A stretch of DNA of 21,130 nt, from contig JBEKHC010000089.1 in assembly GCA_050012475.1 (NCBI GenBank), positions 1-21,130 of the forward strand, given 5' to 3'. Under the pieces are notes generated by a model. It saw only the letters and a list, made by a program, of their open reading frames with translations, was not told the DNA's origin and did not search any database. A program made the translations under genes and the position numbers. This DNA is from Candidatus Velthaea sp. GTDB taxonomy: Bacteria; Vulcanimicrobiota; Vulcanimicrobiia; Vulcanimicrobiales; Vulcanimicrobiaceae. Below are positions 16,616 to 21,130 of the stretch, piece by piece (within the stretch, counting starts at the first letter, position 1; each line of letters opens with the position of its first letter).

Positions 16616-18429
16616 CACGCGACCACCAGGATCTGACGGTCGAGATCAAACTGTTCTTCGGTCAGCGCCATCACCGAGCCCGAACCGTGCACGATCTCAT
16701 GGTGCAGCGCCAACGCCGTGTTCAAAACGTGATCGGCGTAAAAGCGTGCCGTACCAAGCTTCGCAGCGTAGAACGGATCGCTCGTTCCGGCCGCGATCTT
16801 GGCCGCGCTGATCTGCGCCGCCCGGGCCATCTGCCAGCCGCCGGCGACGACGCCCCACAGCCGTAAGTACGGAACGCTGCAGGCGAAGGCGCGGTTGAGA
16901 TCGCTCAGCGCGTTCATGCCGATGCATTGCGAGGCCTCGGTGAGCAGTTCGATGCCGCGGCCCAGCTGCTGTTTGATCGCGCTGACGTCCGCGTTCGCTT
17001 CGTCGAGCGCCTGCACGGTGTTCGTGATTTGCTTGATGACGGCGCTCGCGGTCGTACCCATGTCGCGAATGAGTTTACGGCCGACGAGATCGAGCGCCTG
17101 AATGCCGGTCGTGCCCTCGTAGATCGAGACGATCTTGACATCGCGATACTGTTGAGCGACGCCCGTCTCTTCGATGTAGCCCATGCCGCCGAAGACTTGG
17201 ACCGCCGTCGAGCACAGCTCGGTCGCGGTCTCGCTGCACCAGCCTTTGACCACCGGGATCATCAACTCGATGAAGGCTTTGTGCTCTTTGCGCACGCCAG
17301 CATCGGGATGACTGCTCGCGAAGTCGAGCGACGCCGCGCAAACGTACGCTAAGGCGCGCATCGCCTCGATTTGCGCCTTCATCGACATGAGCATGCGGCG
17401 CACGTCGGGATGTTTGATGATCGGTGCGGCGCTGCGCGAGGTACCGGCGACTTCGCGCGATTGCAGCCGCTCCTTGGCATATGCCAAGGCGCTTTGATAC
17501 GCGCGGTCGGCGATCGCCAGACCCTGCACGCCGGTGCTGAAGCGGGCGGCATTCATCATGATGAACATGTATTCCAGGCCGCGATTCGGTTCGCCCACGA
17601 GGTATCCGATTGCGCCGTCCTTTTCGCCGTAGCTGAGCGTGCAGGTAGGGTTGCCGTTGATCCCCAGTTTGTGCTCGATTCCCGCGCAGAACACATCGTT
17701 GCGTTCGCCCAGGCTGCCGTCGGCGTTGACGAGCACCTTGGGGACGATGAAGAGCGAGATGCCCTTGGTGCCTTCGGGAGCGTTGGGGAGGCGGGCCAGA
17801 ACCAGATGGATGATGTTCGGTGCCAGGTCGTGCTCGCCGAACGTAATGAAAATCTTTTGGCCGCTGATGCGATAGCGATCGCCGTCGGGAATCGCCTTGG
17901 TCCGCACGGCCGCAAGATCCGAACCGGCTTGCGGCTCGGTCAGACACATCGTTCCGCACCATTCGCCGCTCACGAGTTTGGGAATGTAGGTGCGCTTCTG
18001 CTCCGGTGAGCCGCAGAGTTCGATGGCTTCGATTGCGCCTTGATTGAGCAGCGGGCCGTTCGCGAAACCGACGTTGGCCGCGTTCCACATCTCGAGCGTC
18101 GGGCCGAGCATCAGGTGCGGCAGACCCTGTCCGCCGTGGTCGGTCGAGACCGGCAGCCCGATCCATCCAGCTTGAGCAAATTGCGCGTAGGCCGCTTTGA
18201 AGCCGGCCGGCGTCGTCACCGCGCCGGCGTTCCAGCGGCAGCCTTCGACGTCGCCGGTGCGGTTGATGGGATCGAGCACTTCGGTTGCGAACGTCGACGC
18301 TTCGACGAGGATCGCGTCGAGGACGTCGGGCGTGTCCTCGAAGCCCGGAAGTTTGGCGATGTCATCGATGCCCGCAAGTTCGCGCAGGACGAACTGCATT
18401 TCGCGAAGCGGGGCTCGGTAAGTGCTCAT
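16615..18429 (-). CDS. Long-type acyl-CoA dehydrogenase (about 600 aa)
   Basis: Motifs GTMCLTEPQAGSDL, GQKIFITFGEHD, EHKLGI, FGGMGYIEE and IYEGTTGIQA. Confidence 0.96.
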   Translation of the reverse strand: MSTYRAPLREMQFVLRELAGIDDIAKLPGFEDTPDVLDAILVEASTFATEVLDPINRTGDVEGCRWNAGAVTTPAGFKAAYAQFAQAGWIGLPVSTDHGGQGLPHLMLGPTLEMWNAANVGFANGPLLNQGAIEAIELCGSPEQKRTYIPKLVSGEWCGTMCLTEPQAGSDLAAVRTKAIPDGDRYRISGQKIFITFGEHDLAPNIIHLVLARLPNAPEGTKGISLFIVPKVLVNADGSLGERNDVFCAGIEHKLGINGNPTCTLSYGEKDGAIGYLVGEPNRGLEYMFIMMNAARFSTGVQGLAIADRAYQSALAYAKERLQSREVAGTSRSAAPIIKHPDVRRMLMSMKAQIEAMRALAYVCAASLDFASSHPDAGVRKEHKAFIELMIPVVKGWCSETATELCSTAVQVFGGMGYIEETGVAQQYRDVKIVSIYEGTTGIQALDLVGRKLIRDMGTTASAVIKQITNTVQALDEANADVSAIKQQLGRGIELLTEASQCIGMNALSDLNRAFACSVPYLRLWGVVAGGWQMARAAQISAAKIAAGTSDPFYAAKLGTARFYADHVLNTALALHHEIVHGSGSVMALTEEQFDLDRQILVVA

Positions 18430-18438
18430 GAGTTCTCC

Positions 18439-18813
18439 TCAATAGAGTTCGGCGCGCAGGCGCTCGACGGATGCGGCCAGGGCATCGAGATACGGCAGCA
18501 TGTTGGTTTTGATTCGAGTTAGGCGTTCACGGCCGGAAGCGGTGACGGCGTAAATGCGGCGGGCGCGCTTGGTCGGATGATCCCATGCGCCGATGATGAA
18601 GCCGCGCTCCTCGAGCCGGCGCAGCAGCGGATAGATCGTATTCGTGTTGACCGCGAGATAGCCGTGGCAGAGTTCGGCGATGCGCTGCATGAGGCCGAAA
18701 CCGTGTTCGGGACCGGCGTCGAGCAGATGCAGGATGAGAACCGGAAAGACGGTCTTCGATTTGATCGGACCGCGGAACAGATCGTCGGTGGCTGCGGTCA
18801 CGGTCATCGGCAT
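18439..18813 (-). CDS. PadR-family transcriptional regulator
   Basis: ILHLLDAGPEHGFGLM, NTIYPLLRRLEERGFI and RRIYAVTASGR. First gene of the beta-oxidation operon. Confidence 0.9.
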   Translation of the reverse strand: MPMTVTAATDDLFRGPIKSKTVFPVLILHLLDAGPEHGFGLMQRIAELCHGYLAVNTNTIYPLLRRLEERGFIIGAWDHPTKRARRIYAVTASGRERLTRIKTNMLPYLDALAASVERLRAELY

Positions 18814-18927
18814 CGGTGGGGCAGGTTGATCCTTTTACTATTAGGCGAAACCCTCTTCCGGGTTTTCAGCGGACCTGCGGGAGCAGGCTTCACGTGGCCG
18901 AGAATCAGCTTCGCCTTCACGATCTGG

Positions 18928-18956
18928 TTGACATATCTCGATATATCGGATAATAT
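18928..18956 (+). promoter_or_regulatory. Sigma70 promoter with embedded palindromic operator
   Basis: TTGACA (18928-33), N17, TAATAT (18951-56). Perfect palindrome CGATATATCG at 18939-18948. ATG lies 6 nt downstream with no RBS. Confidence 0.75.
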
Positions 18957-18962
18957 CGGCTC

Positions 18963-19535
18963 ATGAGATTTGAACCTTTTTCACAGCCCCAAGGGGAGGG
19001 CGACCACCCCAACTTTTTCTGGTCGCACGATCTGCGCAGGCACTTCATGGGCGGACGGCGCGGCCGCCGTCACGGGCACGGCGGCTTCGCGCAAAGCGAA
19101 CGCGGCAGCGTGAAATACGATGTGCTCGCAATTTTGAGCGACGGTCCGCGCCACGGATACGAAATCATGATGGCGATCGAAGAACGCCGCGGTTTCCGGC
19201 CGAGCCCCGGCTCGATTTATCCCGCACTGCAAATGCTCGACGACGGTGACTTCGTGAGCAGCACCGAAGTCGACGGCAAACGGGTGTACTCGATTACCGA
19301 TAAAGGCCGTGAATTGCTGCAAACCCGCCGCGATTCGCCGCGCGGTGCCGAAGATGCCGGCGGCCCGACCGCAGGCGCCGAACTCATGCTGCGCGGAATG
19401 CGCACGCTGCACGGTCTCCGCGACGCGGTCAAACAAATCGCGCGCAGCGGCGACGTCGAACTCATCGGCCGCGGCGTCGAGATCATCGACCGTGCGCGCC
19501 GCGAACTTTACGCGCTGCTGGCCCAAGAACAATAA
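18963..19535 (+). CDS. PadR-family transcriptional regulator with His/Gly/Arg-rich N-terminus
   Basis: ERGSVKYDVLAILSDGPRHGYEIM, PSPGSIYPALQMLDD, KRVYSITDKG and RARRELYALL. Confidence 0.93.
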   Translation: MRFEPFSQPQGEGDHPNFFWSHDLRRHFMGGRRGRRHGHGGFAQSERGSVKYDVLAILSDGPRHGYEIMMAIEERRGFRPSPGSIYPALQMLDDGDFVSSTEVDGKRVYSITDKGRELLQTRRDSPRGAEDAGGPTAGAELMLRGMRTLHGLRDAVKQIARSGDVELIGRGVEIIDRARRELYALLAQEQ

Positions 19536-19636
19536 CCGCCGGCGGCACGAACGCACGATGCTCGACCTTGACGCCGTAACGGCACGCCGTTTGAGAATGA
19601 AAGCGGATCAGTTGCTCCGGAGTGAAAGGATCGCGC

Positions 19637-19983
19637 TTGCCGTTCGAGAGCCGCCTCTTCGTCAAAGCGTCCATCGTCGGATTGGCTCTGACCTTTCTTG
19701 TCGGAGGAGTCGCGCTCGTAGCTGAAGCATTCGGCAGATCGCTCCCTCCGGTCGTGAACATCGAACGCGCGCATCTCGGTTTCGTCGGCTGGCTCGTGAA
19801 TCTGGTCATCGGAATTGCGCTGTGGTTTTTGCCGCTCAGTCGCAAAGCGTTTCCGGCGACGCAGGGCCGCTATCCGCGACGGCTGCCGGAGATCATCTTC
19901 GCGCTACTGAACGCCGGCTTAGGCCTGCGACTGATCGCCGAACCGCTGGTAACGAGCGCACCAACGGTGATGCGACCGGCGTC
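19637..19983 (+). pseudogene. Small membrane protein gene A, N-terminal part; C-terminus displaced by inversion
   Basis: AAAGGA RBS and TTG 19637. Motifs AHLGFVGWLVNLVIGIALWFLP and LLNAGLGLRLIAEP, then the sequence loses membrane-protein character. Confidence 0.65.
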
Positions 19984-20356
19984 AACGCCAGCGCAACGAT
20001 GGTAATCATACCGGCGACCGGTATCACCGGCGAAGAAGCGGACGTCAGCGCCGCCGTCAACAACAACGCGCCGAAAGCAATGCGCCGAAAGCGAAGACGG
20101 GTATCGCCAGCCGGCCGAGTCTTTCGTGAACCCAGCGCGCGTCGGTAAATCCCGGGATAACGTGGATGAGGATCGCCAACGCAATCGTCGTTATCCAGCC
20201 GAGCGCAACGAGCTGAATCCAGGCATGTTCGATGCCGAAATTCAACGCGTGGCCGAACCCGGTGCCGGCCAGCAGCAGCCACGACAACCCGTAAGCGCCG
20301 TGCCCGGCAATCAGACCGGCCGGCGGGATCCAAGCGCGAGGCCTCGGCGCGATCAT
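19984..20356 (-). pseudogene. Membrane protein gene B, N-terminal fragment (inverted, frameshifted)
   Basis: MIAPRPRAWIPPAG...HAWIQLVALGWITTIALAILIHVIPGF...VFAFGALL|LTAALT...ITIVALAL. Frameshift caused by the 14-bp duplication at 20065-20092. Confidence 0.7.
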
Positions 20357-20433
20357 CGCACGCCCGGTGCCGGCTGGGCGGGCGCGCGCACCCGCAACCA
20401 GGCGATGTAGCCGAACAGAACGACGGCGCATTG
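20353..20433 (-). pseudogene. Probable C-terminal fragment of gene A (inverted)
   Basis: QCAVVLFGYIAWLRVRAPAQPAPGVR*, whose TGA overlaps the ATG of gene B (ATGA). Confidence 0.6.
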
Positions 20434-20916
20434 GTCTACGTGCTCGACGGGCTCGACATCGCGCGCCGCGCGACCGTCGAGCACCTGCCGCCCCAAGCGT
20501 TCGCGTCTGCGTCGATGCTCTATCTGTTCGCCGCGCTCCAAACGCTCGCCCATCCCGGCTCGGGACGCCAAGAGCGCGTCGTCGCCGGCGCGCTCGCGCT
20601 GACGCTCGTGCTCCTGGCACTCACAGCCATATTGGGCTTTCTTTTCACCTTAGCTTTGGGCCGCAGGATTCTGCCAGGCGTCCTTCGCCTGGCCCCGGCG
20701 CACGCGCTTCTGGGTCTCGTCGGCTGGCTGACGATCCTGGTCACCGGTATATCCACCCGCACGTTCGGGCCGATATTCGGTGCAAAATCACGCTTTGTCG
20801 CCGCGCATATCGTGGTCGGGGCGGCGTTGGCGGCGGGCACGATCGTCGCCGCAGTCGCGATCCCGTTGGATTCGCGTCTGCTTCTCGATTGCGGCTTGAT
20901 CGTCATCGGCATCGGC
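20431..20916 (+). pseudogene. Internal fragments of membrane protein gene B
   Basis: LVYVLDGLDIARRATVEHLPPQAFASASML|YLFAALQTLA...APAHALLGLVGWLTILVTGIS...LIVIGIG. No proper start, and hydrophobic character ends at about 20916. Confidence 0.65.
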
Positions 20917-21025
20917 ACGCAAATATCGATCACTGACGGTGTCTCAGCGATGTACTTCCGTCGTTGCTCTGCGTGCGAATTTCGCCCGAGTCAACGTCGA
21001 ATGCGCACCGCGCCTTCTCGATCCA

Positions 21026-21130
21026 TCAGCGTTCGCCGAAGTCGAACGCGCGCACGGCGTTAGCGGCGATCCGCCGCAGTTTTGCGTGAACGCCTCCCAT
21101 CGCCGGACGCACCGGCGGCAGATCGCAATT
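21026..21130 (-). CDS. Possible 3' end of a gene entering from beyond the window
   Basis: Open frame NCDLPPVRPAMGGVHAKLRRIAANAVRAFDFGER* with GC3-rich codons. Too short to identify. Confidence 0.35.
   Translation of the reverse strand, partial: NCDLPPVRPAMGGVHAKLRRIAANAVRAFDFGER

Noticed and set aside
19984..20433. Programmed shufflon
   Set aside because: The junctions lack repeated recombination sites, extra segments are permuted, and the products are broken genes.

Overview
GC-rich bacterial window. A diderm Terrabacterium such as Ca. Eremiobacterota is plausible, inferred only from gene content: an actinobacterial-type cytochrome bcc, stalk-domain proteins and an outer-membrane usher. 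Left to right it holds: a partial qcrB-ctaG-qcrC respiratory cluster; an archaic (Csu/spore-coat-U type) chaperone-usher pilus locus with unusual composition; a LuxR-type regulator; a His-rich membrane protein; two paralogous stalk-domain membrane proteins flanking rpiA, one fused to DUF2382; a deletion-broken GNAT; a PadR-led beta-oxidation operon (acyl-CoA dehydrogenase, ECH/HAD, thiolase); a divergent, probably leaderless PadR; and a two-gene membrane-protein operon scrambled by inversion and permutation. The best novelty candidate is the pilus locus. It has one full pilin, one pilin lacking a donor strand, no two-domain adhesin, a reverse-oriented secreted mini-protein that appears to carry only a pilin donor strand, and a densely hairpinned pilin-usher spacer. 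All calls come from motif recognition by eye; no searches were run.
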